64,000 nt of DNA from Camelus ferus. Its lineage: Eukaryota. Below the pieces are notes generated by a model. That model searched no databases. It saw only the letters and a program-made list of their open reading frames with translations, and was not told the origin of the DNA. Where the stretch lies: NCBI RefSeq assembly GCF_009834535.1, contig NC_045696.1:39186001-39250000 (forward strand), written 5' to 3'. The number at the start of each line of letters is the position of its first letter. Position 1 is the first letter of the stretch. The position numbers and the translations under genes are program-made. Below are positions 38,281 to 51,800 of the stretch, piece by piece.

Positions 38281-39939
38281 TCTACATTTTCCATTACTTA
38301 GAGTTTTGCAATTTATCTTCAGATAACAAAATATCTATGTAAGATATTTATGTAAGAAATTAAAATTCCAGTGAGGCAATGAGATTTTTCTCAGTCAGCC
38401 ATAAAAATCTGGACAGATGGGAGAGGATGGTTTACTATAAAAGAGACATATTTACCACAAAATTTTGTAAATAATAAACTTTAATAGAAGAATGAAGAAA
38501 ATGGAAAAAATTAAAATAACCACAATAAGAATGATTCAACAGATTTAAATTTTATTTTATAGAGAGTTTAAAATTGAAACAGCCATGAAGCTTTGTATTC
38601 ACCTTTTTTGTAATTTTGCAGAATGGAGAGAATCCTAGCCTTTAAATTTGATGACTGACCATAATACATAGCTTTTAAAATTTCAAGGAATTGTAAGAGT
38701 AAGGGCTAAAGTCAGTAGTCAGTCCTTTATATAATAGATAATAGATAGCTAGCACTGTCTCCTTTACTCTAACCTGGATATGTTTTTTTATGTAACTCTT
38801 AAGGGAAAAAATATTCCCAAGGCTTGCTACATCTTAGCTTAATTATGCTGAATTCATGAAGTGAAAATAGAAATGTCTATTATTTGGTGATTTGGGTTGC
38901 AAAGAAAGTAAGGCTACTTTATTTAGGACAAAATCTCCACTTTAGAAAGAAAATATTTCCTTAACATTCACATATAGTCCATTTTTAGCAAATATAATCC
39001 AGTGAATCTTTTAAGGTGTATATATTACAATAGGGATCCCTGTGAGTAGGTATTTAGTAACTTAAAAGAACTAAATCTTTTTTTTTTAGATTAGTGAAGA
39101 TGGAGAATAATAACTCATTGTTCTCCCTACTAGTTAAACAAACCTAGCTTTTTAAATGAACTTTCATTCAGTGTCTCTACGTATTATGTGTCTAGAGGTA
39201 TGGCTATAAATTTATCAAATTGATTTTTAAAATAAGTTATTATTTATTATAACTGTTATTATTGTGGCAAATGTATTTTCTTTTCCCTTTCAAGGCATGT
39301 AGGAGGTTACACATTAACCCTAAAATATTTGGGAATTCTATTCTGGACTTCCTTTTAGATATAGTTCATAAGTCATAGAAGGAAATCTTATTACTGCATA
39401 AAAATAATAGATATTATATTCATAATAGCAGTAAAACCTATAAATCCCTTAGGAATAAACTTAATAAGAAAAGTACTGAAACTACGTGAAGGAAACTATA
39501 AAAATGACTACTATACTTAGACATCATCCTAAACAATTTCAAATACCTTTTGACTATTTCAAATCATAATTCCTGCTCTCAATCATCTATTATCAAATAT
39601 TTAAATGGAAAGTATCATTAAGAATTAAAGATTGTTAATAGATATTTTCATAGAAAACTTTACAGATTATTTGTTCCTAATTTTAATTAGAGTTTACAGT
39701 GTCAAAGTCCTCCTTAAAAGTAACAGTAACATTTTATTTTTCCTATTTCTATTAATATACCAGTGATTATCCTTTTATATATCTTTCTAGGCACACACAT
39801 GCATGTAGACAGACACACAGGCATAAACACAAATAAACATACATATGTAAAACAATTATATGTTGTCATATATGTTGTATAAAAAAGTTATATGATACAT
39901 ATTTTTATTTATTTTTTTTTGGTCGGGGGGCAATAAAGT

Positions 39940-40800
39940 ACCTCTCTCCTGCTTCTGCTGTCTTTACCTCCATATCTACTACTGGAAAATCAGTGTTAGC
40001 AACTTGGTATATTAGCCCACATCTTTATCCACACTCATATCATCATATTTATTTATATTTATAAACAAAATTTTTAATTATATAAATGAGACCCTAAAAC
40101 GTAAACAATATTTTGATTCCCTCTTTTAATAATACATTGAGAAAATCCTCCCACAGTTAACTGATTCAGTTCAAATTCACTTCTTTCATGGCTGAATAAT
40201 AATCCACAGTAAGACTGTACCATAATTTATTCAACCATTTTATAGTTGTGAATGTTCTTTCTGTTTCCAGGCTTTGCCCTCATGAACAATGCTTCATTAA
40301 AAATCTTTGAACTTTATTCTTGTATAGGATGAATATTATTTACAGAATATATATCCAGCAGTAAGACTAATAGATCAAAGTTTATATAAATTTCTAATTT
40401 TGACAGATAATATCAAATTCAAAAGACTGTTATAATTTACATTTTCTCCAGTTATATTAGAAAATGCTTCCTCTCTCACTTTCCTGACATTAGTAGGTAT
40501 TACTCCTCATTTTGCATAACTTATAAGTAAAAATAATGCATCAATTTAAAAAATATTCCTAATTATTAAGGAGGATTAGTATTATGTCATATATTTATTG
40601 CTCACACTGACATGTCTGTTCATATTTTCTGCCCATTTGTTTCACTGGGTCATTTAAATTGTTTTCATCTAGTTTGTAAGAGGTTGTATGTGTGTGTTAT
40701 AATTACCAGCCTTATAAATGCAAAATATGTTACATATACTTTCCCAACACATTTTTGTCCTTTCACTTTGCTTATGGAATTATCTCTACAATAAAAGTTA
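39940..40800 (-). mobile_element. Ancient L1 antisense fragment (paralogous to 19440-20460)
   Basis: CATGGCTGAATAATAATCCA...ATTCAACCATTT. Confidence 0.5.
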
Positions 40801-41140
40801 TATGGTTATGCCTATATGAAATTATTACTCTATTTCTCTTCCACATGCAACGGTTTTGCATTTGTATCTCTTCCTCATCAATTGTCTTCCACATGGTTTT
40901 AATATTCCCTCACATATTTGTACTTATTTCAGTTTTTTCCAATTTTAGAGTCAGACACCTGAACATAGAATTTGTAAACAGACTTACTTTTGGATAAAAG
41001 TTAAACTTTAAAAACTGCGAATTAAATGGAAAACAACACTAAGGTATAGTTTAATTTGCAAATAAAATGCCACTACTTTATGTTATCTTTAGTGATTGTC
41101 TTTGTCACATATTTTCTCATAACAGTGATCAAGTGTGAGT

Positions 41141-42064
41141 ATGTCAGAAGGAAACAAGACTCTGGTGACTAAATTTGTTCTCACAGGACTTACACAGAGA
41201 CCATGGCTGCAGGTTCTCCTCTTCCTCCTGTTCTTGATCATCTGCCTCACCACCATGGTGGGCAACCTTGGACTGATGGCTCTTATTTGGAAGGATACCC
41301 ATCTTCACACACCCATGTACTTGTTCCTTGGTGGTTTAGCCTTTGCAGATGCTTGCAGTTCAAGCTCTATAACACCCAGGATGCTGGTCAGTTTCTTAGA
41401 CAAGACTGCAAAGATATCCCTAGCTGAGTGCATCACTCAATTTTATTTTTTTGCTTCCAGTGCAACCACAGAATGTTTCCTCCTGGTAGTGATGGCCTAT
41501 GACCGCTATGTAGCCATATGCAATCCCTTGCTTTATCCAGTGGTGATGTCCACCAGAATCTGCACTCACCTGATTAGTATTTCATATGCAATTGGTTTTC
41601 TGCATCCTTTGATTCATGTGAGCTTGTTATTAAGATTAACTTTCTGCAGGTCTAATGTAATATATTATTTCTATTGTGAAATTTTACAGCTGTTCAAAAT
41701 TTCATGCAATGACTCATCTATTAATGCATTAATGCTACTTATTTTTGGAGCTTTTATACAAATTTCCACTGTAATGACCATCATAATCTCTTATACTCGT
41801 GTGCTCTTTGACATTCTGAAAAAAAAGTCTGAAAAGGGCAGAAGCAAAGCCTTCTCCACGTGCAGTGCCCATATGCTCTCTGTTTCACTGTACTACGGCA
41901 CTCTCATTTTCATGTATGTGCGCCCTGCATCTAGCCTAGCTGAAGATCAGGACAAAATATATTCCCTGTTTTACACAATTATAATCCCCCTGCTAAACCC
42001 ATTTATTTACAGCTTGAGAAATAAAGAGGCTATAGGTGCTTTGAGAAGAGTTGCAAAGAAGTAA
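41141..42064 (+). CDS. OR5AC2: Olfactory receptor, OR5AC2-like (gene 3), 307 aa
   Basis: [29 protein letters not shown] and [27 protein letters not shown] match recalled OR5AC2; intact ORF; acceptor at 41125. Confidence 0.88.
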   Translation: MSEGNKTLVTKFVLTGLTQRPWLQVLLFLLFLIICLTTMVGNLGLMALIWKDTHLHTPMYLFLGGLAFADACSSSSITPRMLVSFLDKTAKISLAECITQFYFFASSATTECFLLVVMAYDRYVAICNPLLYPVVMSTRICTHLISISYAIGFLHPLIHVSLLLRLTFCRSNVIYYFYCEILQLFKISCNDSSINALMLLIFGAFIQISTVMTIIISYTRVLFDILKKKSEKGRSKAFSTCSAHMLSVSLYYGTLIFMYVRPASSLAEDQDKIYSLFYTIIIPLLNPFIYSLRNKEAIGALRRVAKK

Positions 42065-43982
42065 ACAGTTCCCAAGGGAAATTTCAAATTGTTTCTCTTT
42101 TCACTCTTTGCATAAACATATCCCCAAGTCTTGCAGATTAGCCATAGTTCTTCCCTTTCACCAGAGTGGTAGAGGTCAGGGTGGTCACTGAGCACTGGGT
42201 GAAGGAACTCAGCTTCACACAATGTTTACTTGGATGTGGGTCCAGCTGAAGTTACTACTTCAGATGAAATGACACGCACCATCTACAACTGACATTAAAA
42301 ATACTGCTGTTCCTTTTTATCTGAACAGTTAGTCTTTGAAAATTTGCTATCTTCAGGGGATTCCTCCCCCAAATTTCATTAATTTCATTTAATAATTGAC
42401 AGTAACTGAGGCTGGTGTATTACTGCAAGTCATTTAGTTCATGACTGATCCTAAGTCACTAAGCTAGACTTCCATGTTAACAAGGCTTTGTGTTGCCACA
42501 CCTTGATAAAGCGATAAGAACTTAGATACTTGTTTCTGAAATAAAAAAAATATTTCTGATATAAAAGTGAGGATAATAAAAAAAAGTGAAGAGGTTTAAA
42601 AAATTGCAGCCTCAATAACAATGAAAAAAAAAAGTGGTTGACTTGAATAATGAAACATCAAAACTTGAAACTTTCTATATCTAAAAGTCCACACACTACT
42701 TTCATATAGGACATTATATGACACAGTCATATTCAGGAATTTGGAGATTTGGAATATCTCAAGATATTTGATATCTCAAGATAATCTTCTTAAATATTAC
42801 AGATTCCCTGTACTCTATTTACATGAGTATTTTGTTTGTAATAGTAATCCTGGTCAAACACTTGCAGAGAGATTGCATTGCTAAACTACAAGAGGCAGAA
42901 GTCAAGGATGAGAAACTGGTTAAGAGTACATGGAGGTGGGTACAAAACTGAGGTAGTGATCACTCAAAGCTGAGACTAAGTTCTTGCAGTCTCAGCCACC
43001 AATTTACTTACAATTCAGTGACAGGGCCACATTAATATATATTTGCTAATTTACTTTAGTATAATGGAACTGACACAGAGCTCCTTTTTCTTCTTTTGCA
43101 AAGACTTGATTATGTTCCTTGAGAAATCTGTTCAAGCACTGATTTTAGAAAGAAAAGAATTTACAGGACATGAAAATTAAATTCAGATTGTTGAAACAGG
43201 AGTGAAATGTTTCTCTTATTGAAGTATTATAAAATTATTTTTAGTTTTATAGCTATAATTCTAAAAAAATATATCAAATACTTATCTAGGATAAAGACAT
43301 GGTATATATTATATATTTATTGATTATTTGATTATGAATATAAATGAAAGAAATTCTATTCATTTGTATGGGTCTACTGTTTATTCCTACAGTTCCCCAC
43401 TGACAATTTTTTTTAAAAAATTACACACCCGAAGTATATTCTTTTTAAAAATACTATTGACATCCAGGATATTCTGATTAATTTTACTGTCTTGGTGGCT
43501 AACTTAATAATTCAGGATATTTTTATTTTGTAAGTTAAGATTGATTTTTACTATTATATTTTCTCTCCTTTTGATTAGGGCTCTATACCCTTTATGTTCT
43601 GATATAATCTATTAAATTCTTGCTATCATTTTGAATAATATTATTCCTACATGTCTTAATATGTACTTTTTTTTAGTGTGAATGTATGACAATCCATAAT
43701 GTTTCTAATTTCTGTAATTATTTTATGACTGAACTATTAGAGCTACAAACAATTATTAAATTTTTATTAACCTTTTAGTGCATATAATGATAACAAATAT
43801 TTTGTATTAATCTAACCACAGTATAATTACCATATGCAGCAAAATTAATAATAGTTAATATTTAATATCCATATGTGTTCAATATTTCCAATAAGTATCA
43901 AAAATTTTCCTATCTCTGTTTGAACCAGTATTTAAATAAAGTATACACATTGCATTTTGATGATAGTTTTTAAGTATTCTTC

Positions 43983-46900
43983 CTAAAGACTTCCTCTGCC
44001 CACAGCTCCTCTAGACACGGTTCTGCCCACCAGAAAACCAAGACCAGCTTCACCCACCAGAGGTCCAGCACTGGATCTGCCCTCCAGGAAGCCTGCACTA
44101 GCCTCTAGACCAACCTCACCCACCAGCAGACAGACACCAGATGCAAGAAAATCACAATCTTGCACCCTGTGGAGCCAGCCCACCCACAGCAGGCCAGACC
44201 CTACCCTGGGACCAGCTAGACTCTGGCCCTGCCCAACAGCATGCCATCACAAGTTTTGGGACACCCTGCATCACATACTGAACTGTGTCAGAAAGCACCC
44301 CCTCCCATACCCGACCAGTGATCTGATTCCAGCTCTGGGATTCCTGGATCCTGAAACCAGACTCTAGGATCCAGCTCTGCCTGTCAGTAGTCCAGCACTA
44401 ACCCCAGGACCTGGCTTCACCCACCAGTGAGGGGTGATTGGCAACAGCCCCAGAGTCTTCCGGATCCTAACTCTGCTCACCAGTGAGCCAGCACTAGCCT
44501 TTGGGCCCCCTGGGGTTCTGCAGTCAGCTGCCTTGTGACCAGGCCCCACTAACCAGCAACCAGCAGCATCTGCATAAGGCAGGGCCTGGAAACCAATCAG
44601 ACTACGGGCCACCTAAATCTACCAGACCACCTACACAGTCAGCCCGCCACAACAGAAGGATCCACACAGCCATCTTAGGGGGAAACCCGAGATAATACAG
44701 CTTATGTGATGAGAGGGGATTCTGCTACTGGACATCTCCTGTAGAAGGCCACCTCTCCAAGGTTAAGAAATGTAACTAGCCAACCACTTTCATTAAAAAA
44801 ACAAGTAGCAACTTAGACAAAATGAGGTGGTAGAGGAACATGTTCCAGACAAAGGAAAAGACAAAATTCCAAAAGAAGAACTAATTGAAATGAAGACTGG
44901 AAAACTACCTGAGGAAGAATTCAGAGTATGATGATTAAAAAACTGATGAATAAACTCAGGAGAAGAATGGATGTACAGAGTGATAAATTAGAATTTTTTA
45001 ACAAAGAGTTAGAACATATAAAGAACAGAGATAAAGAAACAGAGATAAAGAATACAATAACTGAAATGAAAAATATACTAGAAGGGAGCAAAAGTAGACT
45101 AAATGATAAAGAAGAATGGATCAGTGACCTGAAGACAGACTAGTGGAAATCACTGCCACTGAACAGAAAAAAAGAAAAAGAATGAAAAGAAATGAGGACA
45201 GTTTAAGAGACCTCTGGGACAACATCAAGTGTGTTAATATTTGTATTATAGGGGTCCCAGAAGGAGGAGAGAGAGAGCACAAGGCTCAGAACATACCTGA
45301 AATCAAATCTTTCTCTAACCCAGGAAAAAAAACAACCATCCAAGTTCTGTAAGTACAAAGTCCCATACAGGATTAACCCAAAGAGGAACATATGAAGACA
45401 CACTGTAATTAAAATGACAAAAATTAAAGATAAACAGAGAACATTAAAAAACAGCAAGGGGAAAGCAACAAAACACATACAAGGGAACTCCTATAAGACT
45501 ATTAGCTGATTTGTTAGCAGACGCTCTACAGGCCAGAAGGGAGTGGCATGATATATTTAAAGTGATGAAAGGGAAAACCTACAACCAAGAATACTCTATC
45601 CATTCAGATTTGATGGAGAGATCAAAAGCTTTACAGACAAGCAAAAGCTAAAAGAGTTCAGCACCACCAAACCAGTTTTACAACAAATGTTGAAGAAACA
45701 TCTCTAGGTGAAAAAGTGAAGGCCACAACTAGAAACAAAATAACAAAGTGAAAAAGTTCACTGGTAAAGGCAAATATAGAGCAAAGGTAGAAAATAATCC
45801 ACACACAAAGCTAGTAGGGAGGTTAAGATAAAAGTACCAAAATTATCTATATCCACAATGAGCAATAAGGGATATACAGAATAATTAAATGTAAAATATG
45901 ATATCAAAAACAGTAATTGGGAGGGGAGTACAAATGGTTTTTAAAAATACATTTGAAATGGCAAGATCAGCAGCTTAAAACAATCATATATATATAGACA
46001 GCTATACAAAAACCCCATCGTAACTGCAAACCAAAAATCTATAATAGATACACACACAAAAAAGAAAGAGGTATCCAATCATAACATTAAAAATAGTCAT
46101 CAAATAAGAGAAAAGAACATAAAAATAAAGGGGAAAAAAGGCTTACAAAAACAAACCCAAAACAATTAGCAAAATGGTGATAAGGACAAACATATTAATA
46201 ACTACCTTAGTTGTAACTGTATTAAATGCACCAACCAAAAGACATAGAGTGGCAGAATGGATACAAAAATAATACCATATGTGTGCTGCCTATAAAAGAC
46301 TCATTTCAGATCTAGAGATACATGTAGACTGAAAAGTGAGGGGATGGAGAAAGGGATTCCATGCACATGAAATCAAAAGAAAGCCACAGTAGCAATACTT
46401 ATATCAGACAAAATAGACTTTAAAATACTGTTACAAGAGACAAAGAAGGACACTATGTAATAATTAAGGGATCAATCCAAGAAAAAGATATAACAATTAT
46501 AATATATACAGACCCAACATAGGTGCACCACAAAACATAAGGCAAAAATTAACAGACATAAAATGAGAAATTGACAGTAACACAATACTAGTAGGGGACT
46601 TTAACAGCCCACTTACATCAATAGACAGATTATCCAGACAGAAAAGCAATAAGGAAACACTGGCTTAAGTGACACATTTGACCAAATGGAATTATTTGAC
46701 ATATATTATATATATATATATATAGACTACTAAACAACCAATGGACCAATGACAAAATTAAAGAGTAAATGAAAAAAACACCTGGACAAATCAAATGAAA
46801 ACACAATAATCCAAAATCTATGGGATGTAGTAAAAGCATTTCTATGAGGGAAGTTTACAGCAATACAAGTTTACCTCAGGAAACAAGAAAAATCTCAACA

Positions 46901-48360
46901 ACCTAACCTTACACCTAAAGGAACTAGAGAAAAAAAAAAACAAAACAGACAAAACCCGAAGTTAACAGAAGAAATCATAAAGATCAGAGCAGAAATAAAT
47001 TAGAGAGTAAAAAAAAAAAATAGAAAAGATCAATGAAACTAAGGGCTGGTTATCTGTAAAGTAAACAAAATCGATAAACCTTTAGACAGACATATCAAGA
47101 GGAAAAGAGGGCCCAAATCAATAAAATCACAAATGAAAAAGGAGAAGTTACAACTGACACCACAGAAATACCAAGAACTATAAGAGACTACTATGAAAAA
47201 CTATAAGCCAATAAAATGAAGAACATAGAAGAAATGAACAAATTTTTAGAAAGGTACAATCTCCCAATACTAAACCAGGAAGAAACAGGAAATATGAACA
47301 GACCAATTACCAGGACTGAAATCAAATGAGTAATTTAAAAACTCCCAACAAACAAAAGTCCAGGACCAAATGGCTTCATAGGTGAATTCTAACAGCATTT
47401 AGACAAAAGTTATCACAAATCCTTCTCAAACTATTCCAAAAATTTCACAGGAAGAATGCTTCTGAACTCATTCTACAAAGCCAGAATCATGCTGATACCA
47501 AAATGAGACAAAGATATTACAAAAAAAAAAAAAATTACAGGCCAATATCACTGATGAACAAAAATCCTAAACAAAATTCTAGCAAACTCAATCCAACAAT
47601 ACATTAAAAAGTATCTAACACCATGATCTAGTGGTATTTATCCCAGGAACGCAAGGTTTTCAGTATCTGAAAATCAATCAATGTGATACACCAAATGAGA
47701 AATTGAAGCTTAAAAACCATATGATCATCTTAATAGATGCAGGAAAAGCTTTTGATAAAATTCAACACCTATTTCTTATTGAAAAAAACTCTCCAGAAAG
47801 TGGGCACAGAGGAAACATACTTCAAAGTAATAAAGGCCATATATGATAAACCCACAGGTAACATCATACTCACAGAGAAAAGCTGAAAGTGTTCCCTCTA
47901 AGATCAGGAACAAGACAAGGATGTCCATTTTCACCACTTTTATTCAACATAGTTTTGAAGTCCTAGCCAAAGAAAGCAGAGAAAAGAAATAAAAGGAATC
48001 CAAATTGAAAAGGAAGATGCCGCTATCTGCAGATGACATAATACTATACTTAGAAAATCCTAAAGACACCACCAGAAAACTATCAGGGCCTATCAATGAA
48101 TTTGGTAACATTGCAGGACACAAAGTCAATACACAGAAATCGGGTTTCATTTTTTATACTCTAACAATGAACTATCAGAAAGAGAAATTAAGAAAACATT
48201 TGCATTTACCATCACACTGAAAAAAATAAACACCTAGGAATAAACTAAGGAGGGAAAATACCTGTACTCAGAAAACAATAAGACACTGATGAAAGAAATT
48301 GGAGACAACACAAACAGATGGAAAGATATACCATATTCTTGGATTGGAAGAATTAATATT
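43983..48360 (+). mobile_element. LINE-1 with 5' UTR, ORF1 and most of ORF2; 3' end missing; degenerate
   Basis: C-rich 5' UTR; ORF1 RNEDSLRDLWDNIK..NICIIGVPEG; ORF2 [39 protein letters not shown]. Confidence 0.92.
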
Positions 48361-48923
48361 GGGTTTTTTTTAACATTTTTAAATTGAGTTATAGTCATTT
48401 TACAATGCTGTGTCTAATTCCAGCGTAGAGCACTATTTTTCAGTTATACATGAACATACATATATTCATTGTCACATTCTTTTTTCTCTGTGAACTACCA
48501 CAAGATCTTGTATATATTTCCCTGTGCTATACAGTATAATCTTGTTTATCTATTCTACATATGCCAGTATCTACAAATCTTGAAATTCCAGTCTGTCCCT
48601 CCCACCTCCAACCCCCTTGGTAACCACAAGTTTGTATTCTATGAGTCTGTTTCTGTTTTGCACTTATTTTATTTTTTTTAATTTTTTAGATTCCACATTG
48701 AGTGATCTCACATGGTATTTTTCTTTCTCTTTTTGGCTTACTTCACTTAGAATGACATTCTTCAGGGACATCCATGTTGCTGCAAATGGCGTTATGTTGT
48801 CATTTTTATGGCTGAATAGTATTCCATTGTATAAATATACCACCTCTTTATCCAGTCATCTGTTGATGGACATTTAGGCTGTTTCCATGTCTTGGCTATT
48901 GTAAATAGTCCTGCTGTGAACAT
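48361..48923 (-). mobile_element. 5'-truncated antisense LINE-1 3' end (different, younger-looking subfamily)
   Basis: Starts with a T tract; minus strand reads MFTAGLFTIAKTWKQPKCPSTDDWIKRWYIYTMEYYSAIK. Confidence 0.88.
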
Positions 48924-49165
48924 TATATATATATATAGACTACTAAACAACCAATGGACCAATGACAAAATTAAAGAGTAAATGAAAAAAACACCTGGAC
49001 AAATCAAATGAAAACACAATAATCCAAAATCTATGGGATGTAGTAAAAGCATTTCTATGAGGGAAGTTTACCACAATACAAGTTTACCTCAGGAAACAAG
49101 AAAAATCTCAACAACCTAACCTTACACCTAAAGGAACTAGAAAAAAAAAAGAACAGACAAAACCC
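48922..49165 (+). repeat. Near-perfect local duplicate of 46705-46957
   Basis: Same (TA)n-GACTACTAAACAACC... sequence; the ORF track gives an identical 44-aa prefix for 46630..46839 and 48792..49052. Confidence 0.95.
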
Positions 49166-51559
49166 AAAATAAAGAACTGTGAGGTACTAGCCATTCTATA
49201 AAATCTGAGAAAAAGACAAATTATTGAGAAATTAAATATCAATCTCCTACCACCACACCTCATCCCCCCAAATCAGTGAAACCTTGCTTCTATAACTGGC
49301 ACCATTAAAAAAAACCCTGCCCTATAAAAAGAAGAGTGGATCTGATTTCACTGGAACATTTTATCACATTGAAATAATAGCAGCTCAATGGAAACACTGT
49401 AGGATATTTAAATCTATGCCTGTGTTAAATATTGATTAATTAGCAGTCTGGGCTATAGGGAGAAAAATACACATCTTTAATTTGCTGCTGTGTCACTTCC
49501 TTTCTCACTGACCCAAGGTATGAAGAATAGCATTAGAACCTCTGAATACTGAACACTAGTGGGATATTTGGGATGAACATTTCTTTCCTTTAGTACTTGT
49601 GAATAAGGCTGTTTCTTCATAAGAAATCTGACCCATAAATTTCCACCTCCCTATTTGCAGTGATATATTGAAAAAAAAAAAAAAAAGCCTGAGTTCTGAG
49701 TTACAGCCAAATCAAGTAGAAGGAAGAAATATTCTCTTCCCCTCTCTACTTTTCTTCTTTCAGGATCTCCCTAAATGTTCCTAGATCCCAATAAGCAAAA
49801 ATTCCTTAGAGTTCCGAGCCCAATGGAGAGCAGATGTGTAAAGGAATTAGGATCCTCTAGTCAAACATCTTCATTTTTCACAAGTGAGGAGTGTTATGCT
49901 ACATCACACAGAATTAACAGAAGGAGTTTCTTATCACTCCAATGCTCATTTTAACATCTCTACATTCAACAAGCTGCTACCTGGTGAGAAGTGATACTAT
50001 CAATTATTAGAATTCAGGAGTTCGTTGCAGTCATCAGTCTCTGGATTTGAGTTGTGAGAAGTGAAATCAGTCAACTGCAGCAAAAGTCAGAAACTGGAGG
50101 GAAGGCATGGAGCACTGGTTGAGTAAGAGAGTATTAAAGAGGGCCAGGCTGCTCTGAGGGAGGGTGAGGGGAATGAAGCTTCCAGTGAGACTGCGTGAGA
50201 AAGCCTCTGCCCAAAAGTAAAACATAATGCAAGGTTTAAAAGTTACTGCTTTGATAAGAAATCATGAGATCTTCCATATTAAAGTTGCACAAACCACAGG
50301 GCTACCCAGAGATAGCATAATTTTCCCTTTCATTGAGTAAATCTCACTCACAGTTGTATACCACAAGTAATTCTCAGAGGAAATCTTTGCAGCTCAAGAG
50401 ATTTGTCAGAAATGTGAGGTTTTACTATCTTGTACCTAGATCAGATTTTGTGGTATGTTCTACTATGTCCCAGGCAGTGAAAAGGACAAGTTCATAATTC
50501 TATGTCATTTTCAGACTTGAAAACTTCTATGGCCTGCTTACATTAATGAAGAAAACCTAGTCCCAACAGTTGGCCCTTTCAGAGCTTCTTCAGAGTTCAA
50601 GAACTCTGTCAGCCTCAATCACAAAGCATGTGTGTTCCTCCTCTCACAGGGTCAGCATGTCAGGCAGAAGTCTAATGGGCCTCGAGAGATACTAGCACTT
50701 TTCAAGGAGAACTCTTTTCTTTCTTATGATAAGATTAGGAAAATAAAGGGATAAACTCTGAATTTTGTTTCACAGCAACATCACATACAGAAGGCACAAA
50801 TGAAATTCTGAATTTTATCAATTCCTAGATCAATTTTATTATCAAAGAAATATCAGAATCATTCACCTGAAAAATCTATGAATTACATTAAACAAAAACT
50901 TTATATTTATAGAGGTATAGAGGATTATTGGATATGTTTTAGGATGAAGGAAGGGATATAAGAGCTAAAGGATTTCACTCCTTCTCTCAGAGCCACTGGA
51001 AATTATTTGTAGGTTTAGGTGGAGTTGTAGCAATGGGGGTGAGAACAGTGGTGATCTCAGCAGTTTGACTTTTTATAAAGATGACTTTGCTCCAAATATA
51101 GGGAATGGTATAGGAGAAAATGTTGGAAATTACACAGAATATTAAAAGGTTATGTCAGTATTCTAAGTAGGAGATGAATTTTCTTGAATTTAGAGAGATG
51201 TAGACAGTTTGAACAGACATTGAAGAGATACAAGCTGTCGGTCTGATAATGGTTTTGACATGGTTTTGAGGGATAACTCTCAGGTTTATTTCTTTTAAAA
51301 TGGGGAAGATGGTAATGTCATTAACTGAGAGTGGGAAGACAAGATGAGGTCTATGTTTAGTGACAGATTAGAAAAGACTAAATTTGGATTTGGAAATGTT
51401 GAGGTCGACAAGTCTTTGAGATATCTTTAACTATCAAGTCATTGGAATGTAGCAACATCAAGAATAATAAGATAGATGAAATTAATGTCCTAAAAATGAC
51501 TCAGAAACAATTTATCAAGTTCCCTGCATAGTAAACTCTAACGACACAAAGTGTGGTTC

Positions 51560-51800
51560 TAATTGTTACACTGGGTACATCTGGGGTGATTTGCTCGCTA
51601 ATTAGCTCATAATGCCCAGTAGGACAACTCTGCCTTCATCCCACAGGGAATCTACTGGTAACTTTCATTAAGGGAATTCTAAGATTCTTTTTACTTTTTC
51701 ATGAATAGATTTGAAAGAGTACAAAGAAATATATCCCTGCCATTGAGGATTCCAAGGAAAATTCTTGCACAAGTAAACACTGTTTCATTCTGCATCTTCC
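51560..51800 (+). promoter_or_regulatory. Putative promoter of OR gene 4
   Basis: CTAATTAG homeodomain site, TGCCCAGTAG (51613), consensus O/E site TCCCACAGGGA (51639-51649). Confidence 0.6.
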
